Assembly: GCA_043228905.1 (NCBI GenBank)
Contig: JBHGNT010000003.1
Span: 23,870,001-23,934,000, forward strand
Length of the DNA stretch: 64,000 bases
From: Azolla caroliniana
Lineage: Eukaryota; Plantae; Polypodiophyta
Reading direction: 5' to 3'
A program made the position numbers and the translations under genes. The notes under the pieces are model-generated. The model was not told where the DNA came from, did not search any database, and saw only the letters and a program-made list of their open reading frames with translations. Positions 33,190 to 46,300 of this stretch are shown here, piece by piece (positions within the stretch are counted from its first letter, which is position 1; each line of letters starts with the position of its first letter).

Positions 33190-36100
33190 ATGGATTATGG
33201 TGTCACTAAAATTAGGATAGCCTTGATGCAACTAATGTCATTGTTGATTATCGGCAATGCAATGACTTCCGCCCCGACCCATCTCCATCTCAATGTAGAT
33301 CACCGACACTTGGACGAGGTTGGGTTGTCAACGACTCTACAAGCCCTCAATGACTTCAAGAAATCCATCATAGCTGATCCCATGCATGTGCTTGACACGT
33401 GGGACACAACCAATGTTTCCGGGGATCCTTGCAATTCATCATGGATCGGTTTGGGCTGCGATTCACAAGGCCGTGTTACATCCATCTCTCTCTCGAATCT
33501 GTCCCTTCAAATGGGAGTAGGTGGGTTTCCAGACACCCTCTCTCTTCTTTCTTCCCTCTCCTCACTGGACCTCTCCTTCAACAACCTTTCCTTCTCTCTC
33601 AACTCTTCTTCCTTCTCCTCCTCTTCTCTCTCCTTCCTCAATTTTAGCCACAACTCCATTAATGGCCTTCCCACACTCTCATCCTTCTCTAATCTTACTT
33701 CTCTCTCTTCTCTCGCCCTTGATAACAACCTTCTCAATGGCCCTCTCACACTCCCACCCTCTTGCTTCCCTCAACTCCTCACCCTCACTCTTGCCACTAA
33801 CTCTCTCTCCTCTTCACTCCCTCCCTCCATCTCCTCTTGCTCCACTTTACGCTATCTCGACCTTTCCTTCAATAACTTCACCGGCACGTTACTTCCGATC
33901 TCATTCTCCAATCTCACTCACCTAACCTACTTTGATATAAGCCACAACACTTATCTCGGAGGCATTATCCCCTCATCCCTTGGTAATTGCACCAACCTTC
34001 AACACCTTGATTTCTCCGGAGTTCCCTTCATTGGCACCATTCCTCCTTCGTTAGGCCTAGGGTGCCGGAACTTAACCTATCTTAGCTTCTTTTACACCAC
34101 AATGAATGGAAGTTTCCCTCCTGAGATGGCCCTCCTATCGAAGCTCGAATCCCTCGTGTTGGAGGGTAGCTCCTTTTCAGGCACGATCCTTGGCATCGTC
34201 ATGAATTGCACTGAGCTTACGGTTCTCGATCTTTATGCTAATACCTTCCATGGGACCATCCCCGAGGATTTTGGGTGGAAATTAAAGAAGATGAATAAGC
34301 TAGTCCTTGGCATGAACAAGTTTAGTGGTCCTATTCCGTCATCCATTGGTAACTGCACTCAGCTCAACTACCTTATCTTGGGATTCAATAATTTCTCAGG
34401 TAAACAAGCTTCTTATTCCATTCAAATAAACTTACCCCCTCCTTTTACTTACGAAGAAATCATAACAATACTCGCCTTGAGTTCTTGTTATTTCCCCCAA
34501 TGGCTCGTAAGTTCAACTTTTGTTACTTCCTCAAATAAAATTCTTGTTTTTTTTTTTCAAATGCCCTGGCTCATCTTCCCCACGTAAGAAAAATGAAAAG
34601 TTCACTCTTTTTCACATGGGTGGAATGCCGGACATTCCCGCCACCCAGAGGGGGCCTCGTTTATAGAAGCTTTTGATGAGAACAGTCTATAGGGAAGCAT
34701 GAACGAAAGTGGACTAAAGTGTCAAAATGGGGAAATGTCTAAAACTCCCATGTCAAATGGGCTCTTTCCCACCTACGGAAATGTGTAAATCTTGATGTCA
34801 TGCTTTACAATTCATTACACTCTTGGTCCATCTGATTAGCAAATGCAATAGTTTTTAAGAGTATTTAATTATACCAGGAACTATTCCAGCATCAATTTCC
34901 AAGTGTAACAAGATGATAAAGATAGACCTACAATCCAGCAACCTCATTGGCGAAATTCCATCAGGGATTGGTAACCTCACCTTGATGAGTATCCTCATCC
35001 TCAATGATAATCAACTTAGTGGGAATATGCCTCAAGGACTGGGGGAATTGGCATCACTAGAAGGAGTGACATTTGAAAACAATCTGTTGTCCGGTAAATT
35101 CCCCGATCAAATGTTCAACTGCAGCAAGCTTCTACATTTTCTTATCTACAATAATCGTCTCGAGGGACCTCTACCTTCTTCGATTGGCATGTAAGGATCA
35201 AATCAATTATACATTATACATCAAATAAATTTCAAGAATGATTAAGAAAGAGAATTAGAAAAGAGGCTAGAGATTTTTTTATTCTCCAATCCAAACCAAA
35301 GATGCAACACTTCCATGTCATATACCGTGAGAGAGAAGCTAGAGACTACAAGGTTGGCATCCTAATCATCCATCAGAATCATAATAAAATTGGTCACTAG
35401 ATTTCTGCTTAAAGAGGAGAGATTCGGAAGAAAGAATAATTGAGACCAAACCTAGGTTAATGTCTAGATCATAGCTATCCTCATGTATGTATGTATGTGT
35501 ATATCTCAATAAACCCTATAACTGGCTATCAAGACTGTAGCCTCTGAATTGTCCATCGAGTAACAAATGAACCCATTACTTGACTCAATCTGCACTTATG
35601 TCGTATGTTTGTAACATGACAGGTTATCCAAACTTGAACTCTTCACAACCCAACAAAATCAGCTCATAGGAAGCATCCCTGAAGGGCTTTCAAATTGCAC
35701 TAATCTACAAGAACTCAATCTCGGAAGCAATAACTTCACAGGAAACATACCAAGCTCCTTATTTTCTTCACCTGTTGGGGCTTTCATTAAACTTGACATA
35801 TCCAACAACAAGCTTTCCGGTTCAATACCTTATGGACTTGGTAACATGGCACAACTATTGACATTAGATCTCTCTAATAACAATCTATCAGGAAGTGTGC
35901 CATCTGACATAGTCGAATGTCATGCCTTAACTTCAATAAACTTATCCGCAAACAGTCTCACTGGCTCTATACCATCATCCCTTGGAACGTCACTAAGAAG
36001 CCTAGTGGCATTGAACCTCTCCCATAACTTGATCGATGGGCATATTCCTTCGGATCTTGGAAACCTCACTCTCCTCCAAGAACTAGACTTGTCTTCCAAT

Positions 36101-37938
36101 GGGCTGGAAGGAGAAATCCCAAGTAGCTTAGCCGACATTGAATTCCTTGTGTTCCTCAATCTTTCTTTCAACGATCTAGAAGGTTCTATACCTGATGGAG
36201 GAGTTTTTGACAATGTGACAGCTGCATCCTTCCTTGGAAATCCTCAACTTTGTGGATCAATCCTAAACAAACCTTGTAGTAAAGTAAGCCCATATCATTC
36301 TAGAACTTCCAGATTATCCAAAGGAGCAAAGATTGCATTGATTATATCTGGGGCACTAATTGGAGTAATACTTTTACTAGTGTTATTGATCGTCCTATAC
36401 AAGCGCAAACAACAGGTTAAAGGTGCTTCAAGGTAATCATTTGAATTAAGGTTAATGATGATCATTGGATTGAAAATGTACCTTTGTATTATTAATTGTT
36501 CTAAACCCTGTTTTTTTATCTGAATGTAGCTCTGAGAAATCTGTTTTGGCAACATGGGATCCCAAATCAACCCTATTGAGGTTGAGATGGGACGAGATTG
36601 AGCAAGCAACAAATCATTTTAGTACAGAAAACATCATTGGCAGGGGATCTTCTGGAGAAGTATACAAAGGTGTAATGCCAGGTATGGAATTAAGCATCAT
36701 CAGATGTTGTCATGGAAATGTATGTACGAATTGAAATCATTACATTTGCACTCATGTATCAAAGTTGTGCCAGATGTGAAGTGATGTGACTGGACATAAT
36801 TTTTTATGATAAAGATGAATTATTTTCATGCCAGATGGTCAGATATTAGCATTCAAGAAATTCACACTTGAAAGTGGATCAATCCAGTCATTTTTTCAGG
36901 AAATACAGTCACTTGGACAAATCCGGCACCGGAATCTCATCAAAGTCTTAGGCTATTGGTCCAACCATGTGGATACAAACATCCTCATACTAGAATACAT
37001 GGTCAATGGAAATCTAGATGATTTATTGCATCCGAAAACAGACTATAAGAATATGATCATTCCATGGGAGAAAAGGTGGAAAGTAGCTATGGAGGTGGCG
37101 CGAGGTCTTTATTATTTACACCATGAATGTCACTCTCCTATTGTTCATTGTGATATAAAGCCTAGCAATATCTTGTTCAATCTGGACATGGAAGCTCGAA
37201 TATCTGATTTTGGGTTAGCCAAAATTGTCCTAGACACAGTCTCCTCTACACAAAATTTGAAGGGTACTCTTGGATATATTGCTCCTGGTAAGTTGAGTTT
37301 AATGTTTCTTATAGCTTTTTCTTCTCTTACTTGTGGTTATATGCATTATAGATTTTAACAAATAAGTTTTAGGATTTAGGGTTTAAGGTTTCATTATACA
37401 TTTTTGTTAGTTTAATTTTAAGGTTTCATAATGCACGTTTATACTATATAGTTTAATTGTGAGGTTTCAGATTTAAGGTTTAATAATGCTGGCATACAGT
37501 TAACTTTAAAGAACATCACACACCTTCCTCTTGTTCTTTACTACTTCTGCAAGTATGAGTTTCTAACCTTAACTTAGTGTTGTTGACTTTGTAGAATGCG
37601 CTAGTTATGGTCAGATATCAACAAAATGTGATGTGTATAGCTATGGAATAGTCCTTATGGAGCTAGTGACAGGGAGAAGGCCAACAGATTTTGAGTTGAA
37701 TGAAATGGAAGATAACAAAGTTGGTGCATATAGTTTGATCAAACTGGTAGACTCAAGGGTGAAGTTAAATGATATAAACGACATTGTCGATCAAGCGTTG
37801 AAGATTGAATTTGATTCAAATGAGGAAGAAAGTATAACAGACATCCTCAATATTTCATTAAAATGCACACAAGATAATCCAGGGGATAGACCTACCATGG
37901 AAGAAATTATTATTAAACTCAACTGTATGCATCATTAG
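33190..37938 (+). CDS. LRR receptor-like Ser/Thr kinase, non-RD, LRR-XII (FLS2/EFR/XA21)-like; 6 exons
   Basis: Signal peptide, LRRNT cap (DPCNSSWIGLGCD), plant LRRs and C-cap (SFLGNPQLCG) precede a TM helix (IALIISGALIGVILLLVLLIVLY). The kinase has GRGSSGEVYKG, HCDIKPSN, DFG and GTLGYIAP|E. Exons at ~33190-34399, 34878-35190, 35623-36432, 36530-36681, 36835-37287 and 37595-37938 splice in frame. Confidence 0.92.
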
Positions 37939-38569
37939 AAAGAGAAGATACACATTTTTATTGGAGAGTAATGTGGAAGATAAACAAAAACTTATAGTGA
38001 GGTATAGTTTATTTCAGCCTTGAAAATGACATACATTTATTCTTCAAAGAATTTCTAGCGATCACCAATAATGTATGTTCCTAATGGGGAAACTCAACAT
38101 ATGGTGAAAAGCTAGAAATGGATCCCTTTATGCACAAAATATAATGGGATGTAGTGCTTAAATGGCATTCAAAAAATAAATTAAACTGATCTAGTATGGT
38201 GTTTTAAATACCTTTTAGACACCAGCAGTTCATTGGACCATCTCCAAATTGGCCTCCGTAAACCCTTCCCCACAAACGATGCCTGCAAAAAGGAGAAAGT
38301 TAAGAAGCTCCAGACACAAAAATCATTATAGATCATGAAATGCATTAAAACTCAAACATAGCAGTTACCTATCCGATGCAAGTAGCTATCAAATCATATG
38401 AAAGTAGAAAATCCTCAATCTTTACTCTCAAACAACATTTTCATATATTATTGTCTATCTATTTTCTTGCCAGTCTTTTACGCAAGTATGTCTTTTCATC
38501 TTGGTCAACAGTGTAACTTCGGGGTTCTAGTTAGTTTGCACATTTGATAGCATGACAAAAGTACTGTGA

Positions 38570-41065
38570 TTAATTGGAGATCCCTATGCTATGTGCTTGA
38601 TCAACCTCAAACAAATGTCCAAAGCATTGTTTCCCTAAAGTCACATTACCATTTTCTTTACAATGAGTTAGCAAAGATGTCCATCCTTCTATGTTGGTCT
38701 CACAAGGTGTAGAGTCAAGAAAGTCTATGGCCTCATTCAGAAGGCCAGCTCTACTGAGCAAGTCGAGCATGCAACTATAATGGTCAAGAGTTGGAACTAA
38801 TCCATATTGAGTTGTCATTTGTTTCATAAGGTAATGACCTTTCTCCACCTGACCAGCATGAGAACACGCAGACAGAACAGATAGGAAAGTAGCCTCATCT
38901 GGATTCATGCCACTTTCTTGCATCTTCTCAAAGTAATCTATGGCCACCTTGTATAAACCCTTCTGCGCACATGCTGCAATGATTGCATTCCACATTACAA
39001 CATCTCGTGATCGACATTTCTCGAAAATTCTAAATGCATCTTCTAAACTGTCACATTTCCCATACATATCTACAAGGGCATTCCCAATATACACATCAAG
39101 ATGAAGACCAACTTCTATAATGTGACTATGGATCAATTTACCATAATCAAAAGCTAATATCTCTGTACAAAAAGTCAAGATACAAACGAATGTTATCACT
39201 GTAGGTACGATATTAGCTTCCCCAAGCTTATGGAAAAGTTGCAAACATTCCTGACATCTATTGTACTGAAGACACGCTGCAATCATGACATTGAATGTGA
39301 TCACATTTCTTTCCTTGAATGCTTCAAAAACTGCATTTGCATCTTCGAAACTTCCACATTTACCGTATAAGTCAATAAGGGTATTTCCAACATAAACATC
39401 CAATTCACAGTTACTCTCAATTATATTACAATGTATTAGCTTCCCCAAGCTCAAATCTCCCATGCTACAACATGATTTTAAAACACTGATAAAAACTGCC
39501 TCATCAGCATACAATCCTTTTTCAAACATTTTCCCAAAGTATCGGTAAGCCTCCTCAAAGTGCCTATGTTGTACAAATCCTGAGATAATAACACCCCAAG
39601 TGACCAAATCTAGCTTTGATGATTGTTCAAACATGTCATGTGCATAATTAAAGCTCCCACATTTAGCATACATATCAGTCAGGGTATTATTTACAGAATT
39701 GTCAAGTTCAAATCCCATTTCAACAACATATGCATGAGTTACCATTCCTCGTTGCAGATCTATTAAGATGGAGCAAATCTTCAAAATGCAAAGAAATGTT
39801 ACTTGATTTGGCCTTATACCTTGTTGTATCATTGCTTGAAAAAGTGCTATAGCCTCCCAATCACACCCATGATGGATATACCCATTGATCAGTGTATTCC
39901 ACATGACAATGTTATGGTAAGATAAACTGTCAAAGACTCTACGTGCATCATCTAGACTGCCACATTTGGCGTACATGTCAATGACAGAATTATTAATAAG
40001 AGGATCTGACTCAAATCGATTTAAAATAACAAAGCAGTGTATGATCTTGCCATCATAGAAGAGACTCTCATTGCAACATGCTTTTAGCACACTAATTGTA
40101 ACAACTCGATCTGGAGTTATCTTTTCTTGCTGCATTTGATTGAAAAGGCGAAGAGCCTCTTCACAATCTGCATTCTGGACAAGGCCTTCTATCATAGCAC
40201 CCCATGCCACAACATCACATTTCTCTAAGCTACAAAATACTTTGCGTGCATCATCAATGCTCCCACATTTTGCATATGCATCTACCAATACATTTCCAAT
40301 GTATCCATCTGATTCAAAAGTACAATTAGCTATGTGATCATGAACTAATCTTATGGACTCTAATGCTGACATACCAGCGCAAGCTCTCAAAGTGCATAGG
40401 AAAGCTACCTGGTCCATTTTCACATCCATACAAAGCATTCTTTTGTATAGTGCAATGGCTTCTTCACAGTGTCCATGCTGAGTATATGCACTCATCATTA
40501 CTCCAAATGTGACCTTGTCTGGCCTGTGCAGTACAACAAATAACTTGCATGCATCATCAAGAGATCCACAATGGGCATAAAAGTAAATAAGTGAACTTGC
40601 AACATATCCATCCAACTCTGGGTACATCTCAACGATATCATGATGCATTAATTGGCCATCTTTAAGTGCATGAGAATTCGCACAAGCTTTGAAAGAAGCC
40701 ACAAATATATGGTTATCAGGTCGAACATTGAGATTATGCATCATGTTATATAGTTTTATGGCATCCTTGTAATTTCCTAGCTTGGAATTAGCTGATATGA
40801 TGGCACCCCAAGCATATACATTAGGTTCCAATATCTTCTGAAAAGCTCGGTTTGCATCAGAGATAAATCCACACGATGTGAACAACCATATCAAACGGGT
40901 ACCTAGAAATGCATCAGATTCTAAAGAAACCTTTAATATGTGGTCATATACACACCTTCCAGAGATGATATCAGCCTTCTTGGTGCACTCTTGCAATTGA
41001 AATGCAAATTTTTTAACACTATTTAGGCCTTTATTTCCGCATTCAAGTGGTATCCGAGAACTCAT
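38570..41065 (-). CDS. PLS-class pentatricopeptide repeat protein, ending within the E1 motif (no DYW)
   Basis: Intronless ORF with repeated P-L-S triplets (GNVLVDAYAKCGSIDDARKVF, DVVMWNAIIAACAQKG, TFLSVLSACSHAGQVEKG, DHYSCMLDLLSRAGLLNEA). The first ATG is at 41065; the ORF-track start at 41191 is not an ATG. Confidence 0.9.
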   Translation of the reverse strand: MSSRIPLECGNKGLNSVKKFAFQLQECTKKADIISGRCVYDHILKVSLESDAFLGTRLIWLFTSCGFISDANRAFQKILEPNVYAWGAIISANSKLGNYKDAIKLYNMMHNLNVRPDNHIFVASFKACANSHALKDGQLMHHDIVEMYPELDGYVASSLIYFYAHCGSLDDACKLFVVLHRPDKVTFGVMMSAYTQHGHCEEAIALYKRMLCMDVKMDQVAFLCTLRACAGMSALESIRLVHDHIANCTFESDGYIGNVLVDAYAKCGSIDDARKVFCSLEKCDVVAWGAMIEGLVQNADCEEALRLFNQMQQEKITPDRVVTISVLKACCNESLFYDGKIIHCFVILNRFESDPLINNSVIDMYAKCGSLDDARRVFDSLSYHNIVMWNTLINGYIHHGCDWEAIALFQAMIQQGIRPNQVTFLCILKICSILIDLQRGMVTHAYVVEMGFELDNSVNNTLTDMYAKCGSFNYAHDMFEQSSKLDLVTWGVIISGFVQHRHFEEAYRYFGKMFEKGLYADEAVFISVLKSCCSMGDLSLGKLIHCNIIESNCELDVYVGNTLIDLYGKCGSFEDANAVFEAFKERNVITFNVMIAACLQYNRCQECLQLFHKLGEANIVPTVITFVCILTFCTEILAFDYGKLIHSHIIEVGLHLDVYIGNALVDMYGKCDSLEDAFRIFEKCRSRDVVMWNAIIAACAQKGLYKVAIDYFEKMQESGMNPDEATFLSVLSACSHAGQVEKGHYLMKQMTTQYGLVPTLDHYSCMLDLLSRAGLLNEAIDFLDSTPCETNIEGWTSLLTHCKENGNVTLGKQCFGHLFEVDQAHSIGISN

Positions 41066-43303
41066 AGAGTTGGAGAATAATGCGGTGAAGAAACCATGCT
41101 GGTTTGGTAAAGAAAGAACATTCGGAACAATATATATATATACTCTATGAGACTGAGCAAACCCAATGAAAAATGAGAGCTCCAGAGTCAACCTCCCCTG
41201 GTTCTTATGGATGGGATTTACATAGCATTCATTCTCTATTTATTTCATCTCCTCTGCTTCTTGTGGAAAGATTTATACGAATGTTGTACAAAGCATTCAA
41301 CACATCTTTACCTTCTCTTTCCTGTAAAAAGAGATGATATGTTATTTGAACATAACAGTCGGCATAGATTTCAACATGACATTCCCGTGCTTTTCACTAT
41401 CGGTTTAGAAAGCAATTCCTCTACTTTTTATTAACAGGGTATCCAAGTGAAAGTAAAATCTACATAGGTTTTCCATAGCCTTCTTCTTCTTTATTTAGTC
41501 AACCCTTTTTCACACATAAACACATATAATGTGATGTAACCTTCAACAACTGAGATATCCTCTTCTTCACCTAGCAAACGGTTAGGGAGAATTACCCAAA
41601 TGTGGGTTTATGTTTTGAATAAACTCGCCAAAGGTGTGATAGATTAAGCGTTGTCTCCATTCCACGTATAAAATGAGAAAACGAGACATGTTACTTACAT
41701 GGTCATTGGATGATCACATAAAAAGCTCTAGGTATTGTATGTTTGCTTCTTGTCGAGTTATATTGTATGGTGCAATCAAAAACCTCTTATCCATGAAAAT
41801 TTCTTTTGTCCAGCCTCATTAGCCCACACAAATAGTTGCCACGGCTCATCTCTTTTTTGTTTATTGATCATAAAGTTCGTGCATTTTGAACCTAACCCTA
41901 AATTTGAAACCCATTCAAGGTTTCAAGGGGTGTTTTGGGCTACTTCTAAAGCCAATGATACTCCAAATGTTGGAACACAAATATATGGCCACAACAAAAA
42001 ATCTTGAGTGGCAAGACCAAATTGGGGAACCTTGTCGCAAGCACATACATAGTTAGTTAGGAAGTATCTTCTTTTTCTTAGTTTGATTTTTTATGATATG
42101 TCAAGCACAACCACACACATTTGAGAATGTGTATTAAAGTCAACACACACATCTTCTAATCATCCTCAATGCATCATTTTATGATCCTTAGTAGAACTAC
42201 TTATCTACATCTTCACAATATTAATATCTTAGGGCATGTAAAAGCCAAACTCTTGAAGCATGTATATCCCCACATTTCTACTCCATAGAAAAGAGTTGGT
42301 GTGACAAGAGTATCAAATAGTCACAATTTGTTCATGGTTCTTGAAATTGCAAACGTGCACATCGTATATACATACATACATACATACATAATATTATATA
42401 TGATGACAACCAAACTCGAAGTAGAGCCATCTTTTTTACTCTCCATATTTTTAATGACAAGCAAAATGGGGCTCACAAGACCCAACCACACCTTCTCACC
42501 CCTTTTGCCATTTAACATGAAAAGTGCAATCATACTCCTTCACAATTGTCATCATGACATTGAATTTGAAAATGGAGTTCGCAAATGATCAAGAGGTGGA
42601 AATCACATTACAATTTGAAGTATTCTCGATCCTTGAACAACGTTTCCCACAATATACATGGCACAAATTCTCTTTAGTAGTATGCACAAACCATATGTAT
42701 GTTCTCTATTTAAGCATAGGAGAAACCTTAAGAAAACACACAAGCCCCATGTAGCACCACCCTCAGTTGGTGCAATAACACAATTTTTGGGTTTCATGGG
42801 TCATGTTTATGTCCTCTCTAGGACATTAAAGTATCATCATTCAATATCTCCCTCATCCATTATGGCGAGTAATCAGGTTATTGGCACCATAGTCTGCATC
42901 TCCTAGACTACATGTTGCATTAGTGTATTGAAGAATTGGCGTCTTGATCTCCAAACAATTGGATTCACCATATAACAATAACTTGGTTAAAACTCTCTCG
43001 TTATTGGTTTGGTGGTCTACACTGTAGCATCAGAAGGCATAAATAACATCGAGACAAACCGAATTCACTCCTAAGCCTCGACTCCCACCATGTTATTCCA
43101 CCATGAAGAAAGAGATGGTTAAGCCGTAGGTTGTGCTTAAGTTCCTCCTCATGTGGGAAGACATTAAGATGAAACATGTGCCTAGCTGTTTTATTCCCTT
43201 TGTCTCTCGTTTTTTTCTTATCGATGAAACATACTTGATCTTCCTTACATATTTAAATTTCAAAAAAATTTGTTCTGCTCGTCTGTGTGTGGCTCTCTCT
43301 CTG

Positions 43304-46300
43304 ATGATGACGATGATAAGACTGATGCCGGTAGACATTGTAAGAAAAGCCGCTCCTCTCCTCCGATTCAGCTTTCCCTCTCACCACTCACCATCGATTC
43401 TCCGCATCTCCGTGGATTCGTTCGTATCTCCTTCTTCTCATCCTCTTCCTGTGCTCAGATGGAAATGCTTATCAAATGGTAAGGGTTTGCGATGCCCAGA
43501 GAGAGAGAGAGTGTGTGAGGATTTGGCGTTTTAAGCTCCTGTCAGGTGCAAATTCTTGTCAAAAGGTAAGTCTTTTATCTTTGTTCCGTAGAGAGAAAGA
43601 AATTTCTGTTTAGTATTCGCATCTACAAGTTTGGTTTCATTGAGATAAAGAGAAAGTCTGTATTTAGCTTCTTCTGCCAATTTCTGAGTATTTATCAAAC
43701 GGTAAAACCTTGATATTTCCCAGATTTTTGAATGGTTTGTAGTTTACGTGAGCTACTCATGCTTGTCAATTAGCAACGAGAACAATGCACTTCTTTAGAT
43801 TTCTGAGTATTTATCAAACGGTAAAACCTTGTTATTTCCCAGATTTTTGAATGGTTTGTAGTTTATGTGAGCTACTCATGCTTGTCAATTAGCAATGAGA
43901 ACAATGCACTTCTTTAGAAGAAATATCATCTTTGTACTATGACGGTTTCAATGTTTCCTTGTTCTTGAAATCAACAGTAAGGTTACCCCATTCCTTTTTC
44001 TAGAGAAAGGGATATATTTACTAGCATTTGGATTTGGATTTGTTCTTGAAGTCAAGAGTAAAGTAACGGTTTCCTCCCTTCCAAGAGAAAGAAATTTCTA
44101 TTAAGCATTAGCTTTGTAGGTCTTCTTGTTATCAAATTTAACAGTAAGGAGTGGTTTGCTTTATCTGAGAGAGATCTGTGAAGGTTCTGATTTCAACATT
44201 AAGGATATGGTTTCTTTGAGAGAAATAGATGTCCATGTATCATTTTCTTATAAGGTTTTCTTGCTCATCAAAATCCAACTTTCAACAATAAGCTGATGGT
44301 TTTTTATAAAAGAGAAAGAGATGTCTATGTAGCATTTCTCTTTCAAGGTTTTCATCTATCTTGAATTCAAGAGCTGTATGCTGTTTTGAGAGAAAGAGAT
44401 GGTTCCCTCTGAGTAAGGAAGGAGGATGTCTATGTAAAGAAAGAAATGCATTTTCCTTCACGGCTTCTTTGTTGTTGAACTTAACTGTAAGTTGAATGGT
44501 TCCTTTGTTGTTGAATTTAACATGCAAAAGAAACGTACCATTGATTGTCAAAGTTTTATTTGCTTTCAATTTCAACAGTGAGCTGATACTTCTCCTTTTG
44601 AGGGAAAGATATGTCTCTTCCTCATTTTCTTTAGTTTTGAATACAACGACAACGTGATGGTTTGGAGAGAGAGGTATATAGCTCATGCTTTTTCTCAGGG
44701 CCAGGATGTTTTGGTTTGTTTTTAGTTTCTGGAGAGACAGAGACTGCGAATAGCATGCGGGAATATTCACTTGATGGGACAAGAATAACTACCTTGGTGC
44801 ACTTGTAGGTGTTCCTTTGTCTAAAGACCATCACAGGTTTTCTCTTGGAAGAGTGCATCGTTTGAAATCTGACAATGATTAAATGTTTGAACTAAACTTT
44901 TTTTACATTCCCCGTTTACTCTTTAGGAATTGAAGCTGTCTTTCTCTCCACTTCTGTGTACTTCTATCATTCTTTGAGACTTTCTTTTCCTCTCTAAGCA
45001 TCTCTTATGAAAATTGAGGAAAGTTTCTTCATCTCTCATCTAAATTCTATCTTTATTTGTGATTTCTTTCCTTTATATTTCCCTATGCATTGCTTTACCT
45101 ATCTTTAGAGAAGTAAAGAGATAAATCAATTCTTCTGCGTATGTCTATCTCCTTGTAAATTGTCACTTTCTCTCTTCTTGATCTTCCTGTCTACATGCCT
45201 TGCCTCCGCAACTTTTCTGCATAGTTCTCATGTCTTTATTTGTGAATTCCTCTCTACAGTCCCCATCTATCTATCTGTCTATCTCTTTGAAAAGAATGAA
45301 GAGGTTTCCTTCAACACTTTCTGGACAATCATGTGTTCCTTTGTGACATTTTTCCTTTTTACCCTATGCATTCTTTATATTGTTTTAGAAAGGTGATAAT
45401 ATACATCATCTCTTCTGCGTATAAAGAATTTCCTTCCTCTGTCATCCAAAGTAATACAGAATGTATGTGTGTGCCATATGAGGTGAAGAATGCAGAATGA
45501 ATGACAGAAGCATTGTGCCAACTTTCCTTGTCTTTGCAATTCCTTTATATGAACCTAGTTCACTGAAACCTACCTGTATGATCTACGGAGAATAGATTTA
45601 ACCTTAATGTAGCCAAAAAATCTCGTTGATGTTCCTTTGGCTAGAGACTGTTCTAGGTTTTCTAATGGGAATATAGCTTCCGTGCTCTTGTATAGAATTG
45701 TGATATTCATTGCCAATTGTCTCTTTTTGTCATTTGTATGCTCAATTCTTGTATAATTCATTTTGTTTGACATGGCATACATCGTGTCAAGATTTTGGAC
45801 TTCTGTGTGTTGGAGGACATGGTAGCTGGTTCGTATGAACTTTTTGAAGGGCCATTATGGATAATGCAGAATCATGAAGTAGAGTTAGAAAACAATCGTG
45901 TATTAGAGTTTACACACAACGTTCTTGATAGTTGCATAGGTGTGTACGAGTATTCACCTTTGTAAATCCTCATTTTTGTATCACAATTAAAATTTACCCT
46001 TGAATTCAGACATTTGATGTGCTTTAAAGCCTTTTACCATTATATTTTTGCCCCTTATGTCTATAATCTAGTTTATAGCAAGTTGCACCATCTCTCCTTT
46101 GCCTAATGGTAAAATCCAGAATATTCTGTTCTTACAAAAATATTTTAACACTAGTTGGCACATCACATGATATAAGAGAATCACAAAGATAACATTTGAT
46201 ACAGAAGTGTTGCAGTGTCAAGAAAAATACTTTGCTAAAGTGGCTATTGCGTATGTATGCAAATGAGTGGTGATTTGTTTCCTTTTTAGCTAAACGAAAA

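Noticed and set aside
44282-44858. Antisense ORFs (166 and 75 aa) in the MnmM intron
   Set aside because: They derive from degenerate repeats and have no protein-family features
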